Part shown: positions 39,811 to 49,643 of the stretch, in pieces
How the letters are laid out: every line of letters begins with the position of its first letter
Position numbering within the stretch: position 1 is the stretch's first letter
From: Candidatus Abzuiibacterium crystallinum
GTDB taxonomy: Bacteria > Omnitrophota > Omnitrophia > Omnitrophales > Abzuiibacteriaceae
DNA: 64,000 bases
Assembly: GCA_002787155.1 (NCBI GenBank)
Contig: PCVY01000028.1
Coordinates: 9,478 to 73,477, forward strand
Direction: 5' to 3'
The notes under the pieces: model-generated
What the model saw: the letters and a program-made list of their open reading frames with translations, nothing else
What the model was told of the DNA's origin: nothing
Databases searched by the model: none
Position numbers and translations under genes: made by a program

Positions 39811-40635
39811 TTAATAAGCAATCCCCAGGCTGTCCCCGGCATACCAGTGATCCAATGGCTCTTCATCCCATTTGATAAATTTCTTGTTCAATTCTTTCGA
39901 AAACTTAAGAAGCTCCTCTGTCTGATTTGCATTATCACTGACCAAAATAGAGCAAGATCTTAATTGGGCTTGGATGGTTTTGTATTCCTCTCGTTCATAT
40001 TCGGCTGCATGATGGCTGTCATGTATAAATAAATCAATCGGCAGCTTAAATTGCCTAAGCAATTCTATCGAATCCCCGTACAGCACTTCTCCAAATTGAG
40101 CATATGGTCCGGTTAATAAATAACCGCCGGATCGATCAATTTCTGTTCCGTAATATCGGCCTAAAAAACCCTCTTGTGAGTTGTTGAACAGTGCTGCGGT
40201 TATCAAACAAGCGCTCAACCCCTTATCAACCCCCGTCTCAACAACAACACGCGGTTTTAATACCCGGGTTAAAATATACCAAGCAACGCGCCTGCCAAAA
40301 CGCGGCACCGGATCCGAAGCGTAACGAACAGCGCTCGTCATTCTAACCTTAATTAAATGCGTCTTCAATCTTTCATCGGTTTCCACTTCTGCCGCAAAGC
40401 GCTGGATTTCTGCGAGAGGCCGGCCAGTCACATCAGCTAACATTTTGATGAGATTCTGCTTGTTGGCAGGCGTAATGTGATAAGTCAGATTATATAACTC
40501 ATTTGAGGTCAAAAGCCACTTGAGGAATTTAAAATTAAGCACCGGAATATATGAACGCATAATTTTGATGCGAAGCGGGATAAGGCACAGCCTTCCTAAA
40601 ATTGGTGTGTTCAAAATATGCTGTTTGAGCGTCAT
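39811..40635 (-). CDS. Putative SAM-dependent methyltransferase (CmcI/TylF-like)
   Basis: VVVETGVDKGLSACLITAAL and a downstream …LFIHDSHHAAEYERE… resemble the CmcI/Methyltransf_24 family. The protein is 274 aa. Confidence 0.45.
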   Translation of the reverse strand: MTLKQHILNTPILGRLCLIPLRIKIMRSYIPVLNFKFLKWLLTSNELYNLTYHITPANKQNLIKMLADVTGRPLAEIQRFAAEVETDERLKTHLIKVRMTSAVRYASDPVPRFGRRVAWYILTRVLKPRVVVETGVDKGLSACLITAALFNNSQEGFLGRYYGTEIDRSGGYLLTGPYAQFGEVLYGDSIELLRQFKLPIDLFIHDSHHAAEYEREEYKTIQAQLRSCSILVSDNANQTEELLKFSKELNKKFIKWDEEPLDHWYAGDSLGIAY

Positions 40636-40643
40636 AAAAATAT

Positions 40644-41954
40644 CTAAGATTGTGAGATACTCATCCGAAAACTATCCATGACCCGCTCTGCTAAAATGCG
40701 GGGCGTGTGATGCTGCTCATAAGTTTGGCGGCCATTTTGACGTATGTGCTGGTTGAGCATGCCATCCGTGACTGCCGAGTAAATGGCACGTGCAATTTCT
40801 TCTCCGGTATCACCCGCTAAAACATTCAGACCCTCTTTCATGTCACTTAACGTGCGGAGACTATTTCGATGAACAATTAAACATAAACCCATCGACCAAG
40901 CCATCACGGTGCGACTGTAAGCGGCTAAGTAACTTCCCGCATTGTTCAAAAGTAAGAAAACATCTCCAGATCTAAGTTCCTGATCCAAATCCGCGACCCA
41001 CCCTCGTAAATAAACACGGGGATGACGGATAACTTTTTCCAACCCCGGGTAAGGCTTCCCTGCGCCAATGATGTGAACCTCATAATCAAGCCCTTTCATT
41101 ATTTTCTCGAGTTCAGGCATGACTTGTGTCAAAAGAAAGTACATCCCTAACGTACTGCCCGTGACACGTAAGTGTCCAATGTGTCCGATAATCTTTATTT
41201 TCCGTTTATGTGCTTTGGACTTATTTGAAATAGTCATACCTTCATCGATCCAAGTAGGGCCTAGTTCTTCAACATTTTGACAACCATTTGTTTTGTAATA
41301 GGCTACATGTGCGGCCGTTGCGGTAAAAATTTTGCTCAAATCCTTCATCAATAGAAGGTGCGCTTGCTCAAAAGAGCGAATCCGCCGCCAGCCAGTCATA
41401 ACCATTAGCCATCCGAGCGGACCATAAAAGAGTTTGTAATCGATTAAACGAGCTTTGCCTGGATCAAAATCGATGTCGCCCTGATAGGCTATTTTAGGAG
41501 CCGAATGATAACCATCACTGGCTGCCACGCCTTCAGGGCTGCCAAAAATAAACAAAGCGTCTGGTTGAAAAGCTTGAATGCGGCTCGTAACTTCTTTTTT
41601 CAAACTGACACTCGGATAGAAATCAGTCAGGCAAATACGCTTGAAAAGGACGCCAAATATGTTTTTGATATGTTTGGCTAATCGCCGCCGCCAGTTTTGA
41701 TTCTGGTTATAATCCTTTGCAAAAAAAACAGGTTCAACGTGAAATTGTTCGCTCTTTAGCTCTTCTAATCGTCTTTGCTCAAAATCGGTCAACTGGTTCG
41801 GATGATAATTATTAAAAATCACCTGTAAGCACACCGTGTGCCCTGCCTGAAGGAATATTTTTAAAAACTCGTTTAATTGAATGTTGATGGCGCTAATGCC
41901 ATTGGTGTGATGACTGATGTGAGGGATATCGCTGGACAGGACAAAAATTCTCAT
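40644..41954 (-). CDS. Putative GT-B fold glycosyltransferase
   Basis: The 436 aa product has a C-terminal half with a GT4-like layout (…HIIGAGKPY…, …VFLLLNNAGSYLAAYSRTVMAWSMGLCLIV…). Located in the glycan operon. Motifs are weak. Confidence 0.35.
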   Translation of the reverse strand: MRIFVLSSDIPHISHHTNGISAINIQLNEFLKIFLQAGHTVCLQVIFNNYHPNQLTDFEQRRLEELKSEQFHVEPVFFAKDYNQNQNWRRRLAKHIKNIFGVLFKRICLTDFYPSVSLKKEVTSRIQAFQPDALFIFGSPEGVAASDGYHSAPKIAYQGDIDFDPGKARLIDYKLFYGPLGWLMVMTGWRRIRSFEQAHLLLMKDLSKIFTATAAHVAYYKTNGCQNVEELGPTWIDEGMTISNKSKAHKRKIKIIGHIGHLRVTGSTLGMYFLLTQVMPELEKIMKGLDYEVHIIGAGKPYPGLEKVIRHPRVYLRGWVADLDQELRSGDVFLLLNNAGSYLAAYSRTVMAWSMGLCLIVHRNSLRTLSDMKEGLNVLAGDTGEEIARAIYSAVTDGMLNQHIRQNGRQTYEQHHTPRILAERVMDSFRMSISQS

Positions 41955-41961
41955 GAGCCCG

Positions 41962-43071
41962 CTACACGGTAGGAATTTCGCTAAACAGACTTTGCCATAT
42001 TTGGTATTCTGTTAGAAAGTCGTGGATCAATTGACGATCCTGATCAGCCATGTTTTTCACGGTCGGTAATTTCTCTAGACTTTTTTTCAACAACTCCTCG
42101 AGAGCACCCAAATAAGTTGCTTCTTTTAAGTCGACTGACCGAAGTAAATCAACGAATGGATCCGTGGCCCGATTGTTCTTCCATTCATCTTCCAAATCTT
42201 TCCAGAGATTGTGCGGGTTCCGCACTTGTCTGACAAGCGGGTGCCCGTACGCAATGACTTCACGCATTTGTTCGGTTAATCGGCAAAGGATAAATGCGGT
42301 CCAAATATCAGCGTTTCTACCGGTAGTAGGCGGCGTAAAATAAACCGGAATAGCGGCGCGCGACAAGGCGGTGTTTTGGTTGTTGAATGACGACCAGGTA
42401 GTCGGATCAAGTGCAAATTGGGGCTCAAAATCTTTTTTCATTCCCACAACACGCAACGGCCAGAAAAGGCGCGTAACCGCATCAACATCAGTGTCTTCTA
42501 AAACAATCCCTTGTTTAGCTGCCACCGTCACCTTGTTCTTCTGCCTGGAAAAAACTTCTTTTTGGTAAAGACGTTTTGACCAAGGAAATCCTCTCGGATA
42601 AAATGGGATACCGTTTGCTTCTTGCACGGCTTCATAAACATTAAACCAACCCGTCTCCGTTTGAATGACATCCATCTCAATCTGACGGCCGACCATCTCA
42701 TAGGCTCCAATAAAGTCTTCTTCAGTAATAAAATTATCGTCATCAATCATTACCACACGTTCACAACCGCCTAAATAAGCCAGGAAATTGCCGATCATTT
42801 TTCGGGCGGCATGATTGACTGGCATCAGTTCCTTAAGCCGCGGATAATCGGCTAATGCTTTATTTTGCTGTTCAATATTTAAATATCTGACGTCTCGCTT
42901 ATATTGCTTTGACAATTTTTCGCAGAAAGGACCTGCTGCTGCCGGTGTTTTTAGATCGCCAATAATCAAAAAAGCAATGTCCTCATGTCCATATCGTATT
43001 GAATTCCGGCAGATTGCTTCTAAAAAGGTAGGAACGCGAATAGTAGTTGTAATTAAAACCGTCTTTTGCAT
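41962..43071 (-). CDS. Hypothetical protein, a possible GT-A-like enzyme (DDD motif)
   Basis: The 369 aa product contains VVMIDDDNFI. There are no other recognisable signatures. Confidence 0.3.
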   Translation of the reverse strand: MQKTVLITTTIRVPTFLEAICRNSIRYGHEDIAFLIIGDLKTPAAAGPFCEKLSKQYKRDVRYLNIEQQNKALADYPRLKELMPVNHAARKMIGNFLAYLGGCERVVMIDDDNFITEEDFIGAYEMVGRQIEMDVIQTETGWFNVYEAVQEANGIPFYPRGFPWSKRLYQKEVFSRQKNKVTVAAKQGIVLEDTDVDAVTRLFWPLRVVGMKKDFEPQFALDPTTWSSFNNQNTALSRAAIPVYFTPPTTGRNADIWTAFILCRLTEQMREVIAYGHPLVRQVRNPHNLWKDLEDEWKNNRATDPFVDLLRSVDLKEATYLGALEELLKKSLEKLPTVKNMADQDRQLIHDFLTEYQIWQSLFSEIPTV

Positions 43072-43081
43072 GTCATGACCT

Positions 43082-43846
43082 CTATTCTAAGGGGGAGCCC
43101 ATCAGTTCTTTTTTTAAGTAAATAAAACTCATTCCAAGCGGCGGAAACGGGAAAAATGGTTCCAAGTAAATTGTCTTTTGATATTGTTCACGGAATTCCG
43201 TCATCGCCTTTTTTTGCCCCCTTTTGGGATCGCCGTAATACATCTGCCAGTCATCAAACGCAATGACAGCGCCATGATTCATCTTGTCTTTAATAAATTC
43301 CAAAGCGTTCTTAGTTGACTCATAATAATCACAATCAAAATATGCTAAAGCGATACCGTTTTTTTCTTGCCACTCATAGTGAGGTAATGTGTCTTGATAA
43401 AAACCTTTAATGGTCGTTACCCGATAAAGATCTCTGCGCATCAATCTTTTAAAAGCTTCTTCACTCATGGAAAATTTCCCCTTTGAGAAACATTTCTGCC
43501 TATCCAAGCCTGACGCTTCAGGTAAGCCCTCAAAGCTATCAAAAGCAAAAAAATGGGAAATGTGATTACGCAAGCCATAGGCAGCAGGCTTGCCCAGCGT
43601 ATTTAAAGCGTAACGCATAGTCACCGCGCCGCAACATCCGAACTCAACATAAACACCGTCTATGTAATTAGCACTCAAATAATTAGCTGTCCAACTAAAG
43701 AAATCAAAACGGTGATCTCGGTTTTTGGCTAATAACGAAGGGACAACCTGCCTTAGACCAAAGCGCGGCATCGGAGTGCCGCGCACGCACAAACGTTTGA
43801 TAAAATCAATCAGGTCTTGATGAATTTGACTTATTATTCGCGACAT
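43082..43846 (-). CDS. TylF/MycF-family (macrocin-O-methyltransferase-like) sugar O-methyltransferase
   Basis: GVYVEFGCCGAVT and AFDSFEGLPE match the TylF family (…EFGV..G.S…, DSFEGFP). The protein is 254 aa. Confidence 0.65.
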   Translation of the reverse strand: MSRIISQIHQDLIDFIKRLCVRGTPMPRFGLRQVVPSLLAKNRDHRFDFFSWTANYLSANYIDGVYVEFGCCGAVTMRYALNTLGKPAAYGLRNHISHFFAFDSFEGLPEASGLDRQKCFSKGKFSMSEEAFKRLMRRDLYRVTTIKGFYQDTLPHYEWQEKNGIALAYFDCDYYESTKNALEFIKDKMNHGAVIAFDDWQMYYGDPKRGQKKAMTEFREQYQKTIYLEPFFPFPPLGMSFIYLKKELMGSPLE

Positions 43847-43863
43847 GAAATTAAGAGTTGATA

Positions 43864-44616
43864 TTACCCGATCTTGCCGTTATTAAAGATTTCTTCAAAT
43901 TGATCTGTGGTCACATATGCTGAGGCAAATGATTGGGTAGCTGCCATTTTCTTTCGGCAAAGTTTCACATCAAATGAAACACGTGGCTGCCCATTTAAAA
44001 GACTGGTTTTGTGAGGGCAGGCACCGTCAAACAAAATCACTTGTCCAATTTGATGTTTCAGTTTTATTTGTTTCATTTTTGGGAGTTTTTCTCCTTGATC
44101 ATATTGATCAAGCGTCTTAAACCATTTCTCTTGAAAAATAGCATCAGGCGGCTCAAAGAGTTCCATTGTGGTATTCGTGACATCTCCAAAAAGCGCCACC
44201 CACACATGTGCAATATCGGCAGGTTCGCCGGACCAAACATCGAGATGAGTTTTAGTGGTAGCGTAGGGTCGGTTTAGATTTTTTTTGTCGGGCATCTTCC
44301 CTGACATCAATCGAAAATTAACCAGACTGAGCGATGTCACCTTATCTAGAATCTTCAACTGTTCCAATAATTTACAGACTCTTTGATGAAAGCGTGCATA
44401 TGACACAAAATTATGCACGCTGATTTTCACAATCGAACCTGCGGTTGCATCGATGTGCATGTCTCCGCGCTCAACTTTCTTCAGGAATGTGGGCATGTCT
44501 CCCATCACCATGCCAGGTGCAGAATCGTGAATTAACACCTCTGCCGCTTGCTGGAGTGCCGTTAACGCTTCTTTATCTAACATTAAAATGCCCAGCAAAG
44601 GATGCAGTAACCGCAT
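43864..44616 (-). CDS. Hypothetical protein, a possible cupin / 2OG-oxygenase-like enzyme
   Basis: The 250 aa product has THLDVWSGE (H-x-D) and a later CPHKT His. This is weak evidence. Confidence 0.25.
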   Translation of the reverse strand: MRLLHPLLGILMLDKEALTALQQAAEVLIHDSAPGMVMGDMPTFLKKVERGDMHIDATAGSIVKISVHNFVSYARFHQRVCKLLEQLKILDKVTSLSLVNFRLMSGKMPDKKNLNRPYATTKTHLDVWSGEPADIAHVWVALFGDVTNTTMELFEPPDAIFQEKWFKTLDQYDQGEKLPKMKQIKLKHQIGQVILFDGACPHKTSLLNGQPRVSFDVKLCRKKMAATQSFASAYVTTDQFEEIFNNGKIG

Positions 44617-44699
44617 TTGGTTTTCACTTGCAACTTTTTAAAACCAATCAAAACGTTCTTCGCGCGTCATGTATGTTGATTGAGCGGCCACCGGCTGCA

Positions 44700-45536
44700 T
44701 CATTTGGCAATCCTTTCAAAGTGACCTAAACGGTCCACTGTCTTCACTAACTTGAATTGACCCGCTGCCTCAATTTCTCGAATGAGCGGTTTCATGTAAG
44801 CGGGTGCATCGGCAAAAGTTCCTTCCCCGGAGCAGTCGTCAAAAAAAACGGCTCCGCCCACGCGGACACGTTTACCAAACCGTTCAAAATCACTTTTAAC
44901 AGCATCGTAAGTATGTTCCCCATCTATGATGACCAAATCAACTGTACCGGTTTCACACTCAACAGTTCGAGAATCTCCGACAAGCACATGAACTTGAAAG
45001 CCAAATTGCCGGCATTTCTCCGTTAATTGCACATCAAAAGGTCGTTTATTCTCCTTGTGAAGACGAGACTCTTTTTCGCCAATATCAATGGACCAAACCG
45101 TTCCTTTTTTACCCATTGCCGCAGCCATTAAAAAGGTAGTGCCTCCCTTGTAGCGTCCGATCTCAATCACTTTTGTTGCTTTCAGGCGCCGCAGTGTATC
45201 AAATAAATAAGCAGCCATACGAATGGTCAAATCCGAAACACCGCTGTTTAAGTTATTGCTTGCATGTAGTCCAACCAAATGCTCAAAACACAAATCATGA
45301 GTGACCGGAATATCAAACGTCAAATGATCCAAATCAGGCGTCCGGTTTAAGAGCGGCCCGACTGTTTCAATACCCAAAGCTAAATCACGCTCGATAAACG
45401 CCCGTGCTAAAAATTTCTGTATAAAGCGGGGTGTGAAGATTTTAAGCATTCGGCGAATTCCTTTTGCCAAACCAAAACGCCACCTATTGATATGATATTT
45501 CAAAGCATTCCACCAAGCATCAGATGACATCGGCAA
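44700..45536 (-). CDS. Class I SAM-dependent methyltransferase (Methyltransf_24-like), a candidate glycan chain-terminating methyltransferase
   Basis: VIEIGRYKGGTTFLMAAAM and IIDGEHTYDAVKSDFERF match the Methyltransf_24 pattern. The gene is immediately downstream of wzm. Confidence 0.6.
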   Translation of the reverse strand: MPMSSDAWWNALKYHINRWRFGLAKGIRRMLKIFTPRFIQKFLARAFIERDLALGIETVGPLLNRTPDLDHLTFDIPVTHDLCFEHLVGLHASNNLNSGVSDLTIRMAAYLFDTLRRLKATKVIEIGRYKGGTTFLMAAAMGKKGTVWSIDIGEKESRLHKENKRPFDVQLTEKCRQFGFQVHVLVGDSRTVECETGTVDLVIIDGEHTYDAVKSDFERFGKRVRVGGAVFFDDCSGEGTFADAPAYMKPLIREIEAAGQFKLVKTVDRLGHFERIAK

Positions 45537-46344
45537 AACTCTTCTCCATGCGTTTAAAATAGTACATTCCGCTCACACAAATAACGCAGGCAATCAACCC
45601 AGAAAAAATGATCATGCCTTGTAATTCATTTGATTGACCAAAAAGTGCCCACCGAAAACCCTCAATGACACCGACCATGGGATTTAACCCATATAAAAAA
45701 CGCCATCCCTCCGGCACCAAGCTGCTTGGATAAGCAATGGGCGTAGCAAAAAACCAAAATTGAATTAAAAATGGAATCGTGTATCTCACATCTCGATACC
45801 TGACGTTCAGTGCGGAAAGCCAAAGTCCGACTCCCAACGCCGTCATAAAAGCTAACACCATAAAGATGGGAAGATATATCACTGAAATCAATAACGGCGT
45901 CTGGTAATACACCATCATGCCGATCAGGACCAGAAATGCAAAAAAGAAATCAACGACGCCGGAAAAAGTGGCTGAAAGAGGCATTGCCAGTCTGGGAAAA
46001 TAAACTTTTGTTACCAGTTGTTGGTTAACGATTAAAGTATTAGCAGATTCTGTGACTGCGTGAGAGAAAAATTGCCAAGGTAATAGCGCGCTATAAGCAA
46101 AAATAGGGTAAGGAATACCGTCAGATGGCATTTTTGCCAAATGACCAAAGATCACGGTGAAAATCACCATCGTTAAGAAAGGCTGTAAGATAGCCCAAGC
46201 GGCACCGATGATGGTTTGTTTATACCTGACTTTGATATCTCGCCACGTCAGAAAAAAAATCAACTCGCGTGCTTGCCATAACTCCTTTAGGTTTAAAGGA
46301 ATCCAGCCGCTGCTTGCTTTGATCGTTGTCATGGATTCTTTCAC
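45520..46344 (-). CDS. wzm: ABC-2 type glycan exporter permease Wzm/KpsM/TagG-like
   Basis: The 274 aa product has 6 predicted TM helices. N-terminal …ELWQARELIFFLTWRDIKVRYKQTIIGAAWAILQP… is typical of ABC-2 permeases. It pairs with wzt in the same operon. Confidence 0.8.
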   Translation of the reverse strand: MKESMTTIKASSGWIPLNLKELWQARELIFFLTWRDIKVRYKQTIIGAAWAILQPFLTMVIFTVIFGHLAKMPSDGIPYPIFAYSALLPWQFFSHAVTESANTLIVNQQLVTKVYFPRLAMPLSATFSGVVDFFFAFLVLIGMMVYYQTPLLISVIYLPIFMVLAFMTALGVGLWLSALNVRYRDVRYTIPFLIQFWFFATPIAYPSSLVPEGWRFLYGLNPMVGVIEGFRWALFGQSNELQGMIIFSGLIACVICVSGMYYFKRMEKSFADVI

Positions 46345-46346
46345 GA

Positions 46347-47363
46347 TTACCGTTCCACTAATTTCTTGTCAAATGAGGCTTCAACAGCTTCGCGCTTCTT
46401 GTTTGAAAAATACCAGTCAATGGTTCGATGTAACCCGTCCATAAATTTTGTTTCAGGCTCCCACCCTAAGAGTTTCTTGGCCATTCGGTTATCCGCAACC
46501 CGGTTTAGCGGACCCGTGGGCATATCAGGCCTTAATTTAATTTCAGCTTGATGTTTGCAATAGCGCAATACTTCGCGAACAGCATCTATGACGCGTGTTC
46601 TTTCGGTGGTACCTAAGTTGATAGCAGTGCCATCGTCAATTTTTTCGGCAGCCAATAGGGTACCCCTTGCAATATCTTTCACGTAAGTCCAATTTCTAAT
46701 TTGTTCACCAGTCCCCCATACCTCAAAAGGATTCTGCTTGATGAATGCTCTGGCAATCATAGCGATCACCGCGTGGTTCTCAACGCCACGCTCGCCGTAA
46801 ACCGTAAAATAGCGGCAGGAAGCCGTCTTGATACCCCATTCGCGGTAATATGCTTTTAAAGTGAGTTCTGCCATTAATTTGGCCCAGCCATACATGTTAT
46901 CTGCATCATAGGGCGGCCCAACCATATCCTCAACGAGATACAATTCTTCCTTCGTGTTGGTTTGCAGGTGATTAGGGTATACACAACCGGAGGAAGCATA
47001 AACAATCTTCTCAACGCCATTGTCACGACAGGCTCCAAAAATGAGTCCGTCTAAAGTCAGGTTGGTCGAACAATCCGCTTGATGTAAATCTACATAGCCT
47101 CTTCCGCCATGCGCCGCCGCCAAATGGATAACGACATCAACCTGTTGCGTGACTTGTTTGGCAACTCCCTCTTCAAGTAAATTTTTTTGAATAAACTCAA
47201 CTTTTTTAGAGGCTATATAAGATTGAATATTTTCGAGCCGTCCGCTGCTTAAGTCATCAACCACCCGCACTTGCGCGCGGTGCTCAATTAACCCATCGAC
47301 AATGTGCGATCCAATAAATGAAGCACCGCCGGTAACTAAAACGCGCTTTTGACTCCAATTCAT
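46347..47363 (-). CDS. NAD-dependent epimerase/dehydratase (UDP-uronate 4-epimerase or decarboxylase candidate)
   Basis: N-terminus VLVTGGASFIGSHIVDGL. The protein is 338 aa. It is immediately downstream of the Ugd-like gene. Confidence 0.65.
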   Translation of the reverse strand: MNWSQKRVLVTGGASFIGSHIVDGLIEHRAQVRVVDDLSSGRLENIQSYIASKKVEFIQKNLLEEGVAKQVTQQVDVVIHLAAAHGGRGYVDLHQADCSTNLTLDGLIFGACRDNGVEKIVYASSGCVYPNHLQTNTKEELYLVEDMVGPPYDADNMYGWAKLMAELTLKAYYREWGIKTASCRYFTVYGERGVENHAVIAMIARAFIKQNPFEVWGTGEQIRNWTYVKDIARGTLLAAEKIDDGTAINLGTTERTRVIDAVREVLRYCKHQAEIKLRPDMPTGPLNRVADNRMAKKLLGWEPETKFMDGLHRTIDWYFSNKKREAVEASFDKKLVER

Positions 47364-48697
47364 GCCGGCTTCCTTACTGTTCGCCCGCGCCCAAGCGCCA
47401 AGTATTGAATAGACTTGTCTAACCGCTTTTCATCTAATAGACGCCAACAATCTAATAAAACCTTTTTGGTTTCGCTTTTAAATTTAAAACCCATTAGCTG
47501 AAGGAAGGTTTGATCGGGTGTTGCAAGAATAATAATATCCGCTTTTCTAACGCCTTGCTCTAAACTATTTGCATACAAAACCCGGTGTCCCAACTTTTGT
47601 TTTGCCGCTTCTAATGCCAGCGGATCATAAACTTCTACTAAAGCATTTAATTCTAACAATTCGTTGACGATATCGATTGATTGCGAACTCTCAATCACGT
47701 TTGTTTTGGGTTTGTAACTCATCCCTAAAATAAGCACTTTTGTTTGCTTCTTGAGATAAGGCTCAATCCGTTTAATGACTCGAAAAGCTTGGCGGCGGTT
47801 AATTTGATCAGTTGCTTCAGCAATGTTGGCCTGCAAACCCAATTCTTTTGCAAGAGCGCCGAGGGCTAAATTATCTCGTGGAAAGCAAGGACCGCCATAA
47901 CCCAAGGCGCCCCTAAAATAGGCCGGATTGATTCTCCGGTCATTTGCCAAGGCTTTGGTTACCACCTCAACATCAGCATTTGGTAAAACTTCACTCATTT
48001 CTGCCAGCATGTTTGCAAAAGAGATTTTCGTTGTCACATAGGTATTAATGGCAATCTTGGCTAACTCTGCGTTCACCCAATTCATTCGAAGCAAGTTGGG
48101 CTTATTATCGCAAAAAACCTCATAGAAATCCGCTAATTCTTTTCCGGCCCGCTGATCAGACTCACCGATTAAAACAAAGTCTGGATTGAGTAAATCATGA
48201 ATGACATTACCCAATGCAATAAATGCCGGATTATAGCAAAGACCGAAATCTTTCCCGCATTTTTTGGAGGACGCCTGTTCCAATTCAACCAAAATATTTT
48301 GCCTCATATCGCCAGGCAAAACAGTGCTGACCACAACAACCAGATGGTAGCTGTTTTTCTTTACCAAACTCTTCCCAAGAGCCCGGACTGCTTGCAATAC
48401 CATTTCAACCGAAAAACGGCCATTGGCATTGCTGGGGGTAGGCACCGTAATAAAAGTGACGCTGGTCTCACGAACCACAGTTTGATAATTATCCGCTACT
48501 TTAATACGGGATCGATTGGCGCTCATTAATGACTGTAATCCAGGTTCCAACACAGGAGATTCACCTTTGCGTATGTTAGCCGAAACTTGATCATTCACAT
48601 CGTACCCAACGGTTGAAAATCCTTTAGCTGCTGCGCAAGCAAGCAACGGAGAGCCTAGTTTACCCAATCCGACCACCGATATTTTTGGCAAAATCAC
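47360..48697 (-). CDS. UDP-glucose/GDP-mannose dehydrogenase family enzyme (UDP-sugar 6-dehydrogenase, Ugd/WbpA/WecC-like)
   Basis: N-terminal ISVVGLGKLGSPLLA NAD-binding motif. Catalytic-Cys context GGPCFPRD. The protein is 445 aa. Confidence 0.8.
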   Translation of the reverse strand: MILPKISVVGLGKLGSPLLACAAAKGFSTVGYDVNDQVSANIRKGESPVLEPGLQSLMSANRSRIKVADNYQTVVRETSVTFITVPTPSNANGRFSVEMVLQAVRALGKSLVKKNSYHLVVVVSTVLPGDMRQNILVELEQASSKKCGKDFGLCYNPAFIALGNVIHDLLNPDFVLIGESDQRAGKELADFYEVFCDNKPNLLRMNWVNAELAKIAINTYVTTKISFANMLAEMSEVLPNADVEVVTKALANDRRINPAYFRGALGYGGPCFPRDNLALGALAKELGLQANIAEATDQINRRQAFRVIKRIEPYLKKQTKVLILGMSYKPKTNVIESSQSIDIVNELLELNALVEVYDPLALEAAKQKLGHRVLYANSLEQGVRKADIIILATPDQTFLQLMGFKFKSETKKVLLDCWRLLDEKRLDKSIQYLALGRGRTVRKPA

Positions 48698-48701
48698 AAT
48701 A

Positions 48702-49643
48702 TCACCTTTCTCGTTGAACCATAAGTATTTGCTGCAAAACCTTTCGAATCAATTGCCTCAAACAAAGTCTAAACCAAAGCAAGGGTTTAATGAATGGGCT
48801 AAGCCATGATCCATTTTCCCGCAAAATAATTTCCACATCAAGATTTCTTAAAAGCCGTAACAACGATAAGCGTTTCCGTTGCAATTGTTCATTTCTTAAA
48901 ATCCATTGGGCGTCCGATAGACTAAAACAATGATCCATATCGCCTGCGAGTCTTAAATTTTCTTCCACTTCAGGCCCTACCCAAATATCTTGACTTAATC
49001 TGTTTTTAGCTAGAATATGATTCGGATAACCATGATTTTGATGAACAATAAAAAAGCTTTTAGTGGCATCAATCACTTCTGCATGAGAAAGACGTGCTTG
49101 ATAGATCAGCCAATTATCGTATTTGGTGCGGCCAATGGCAAATCTGGGCATTTGATTAAAAAGGCCTTTCTTAAATAGAAAGTAGTCAATACCGGTTTCA
49201 TCGCACAACTCACCTGTTTCTTGAACCCGTTTTTTCAAATCCGACTGCCAATCGTGGTTTTTAAAATTAATCCGTTCGGTAACGTCTAAATTCCAACGCT
49301 GCCCAATGATGAGGAAGTGACTGAAAGAAACTCGAGCCAGTAAAGTCTCAAACCCTTCCGTGAGAATGATATCGGTGTTGATATAGCATACGATGTCGTA
49401 ACGTGCCAGCTTTTGCGCTTGATTAAAAATAAAATTCACGAGCGGTGTGCCATATTGATTGCGCTCAAGCGCCGAAACATGCCGAAAACCAAACTCCTTC
49501 GCTGCCTGTTCTGTCCCCGTTTCATCACCAAAAAGGATAATTTCTGCATTCGGATTTAACTGTTTCCAGCTTTCGATGGCATTTTTCTGGATATGGTCAT
49601 AAATGCCGCTAAAAGGTTTTGGTAACGTAAAAATGGAAATCAT
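48702..49643 (-). CDS. Hypothetical protein, a possible GT-A-like glycosyltransferase
   Basis: The 313 aa product has a YINTDIIL D-x-D-like segment. No firm family assignment can be made. Confidence 0.3.
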   Translation of the reverse strand: MISIFTLPKPFSGIYDHIQKNAIESWKQLNPNAEIILFGDETGTEQAAKEFGFRHVSALERNQYGTPLVNFIFNQAQKLARYDIVCYINTDIILTEGFETLLARVSFSHFLIIGQRWNLDVTERINFKNHDWQSDLKKRVQETGELCDETGIDYFLFKKGLFNQMPRFAIGRTKYDNWLIYQARLSHAEVIDATKSFFIVHQNHGYPNHILAKNRLSQDIWVGPEVEENLRLAGDMDHCFSLSDAQWILRNEQLQRKRLSLLRLLRNLDVEIILRENGSWLSPFIKPLLWFRLCLRQLIRKVLQQILMVQRER

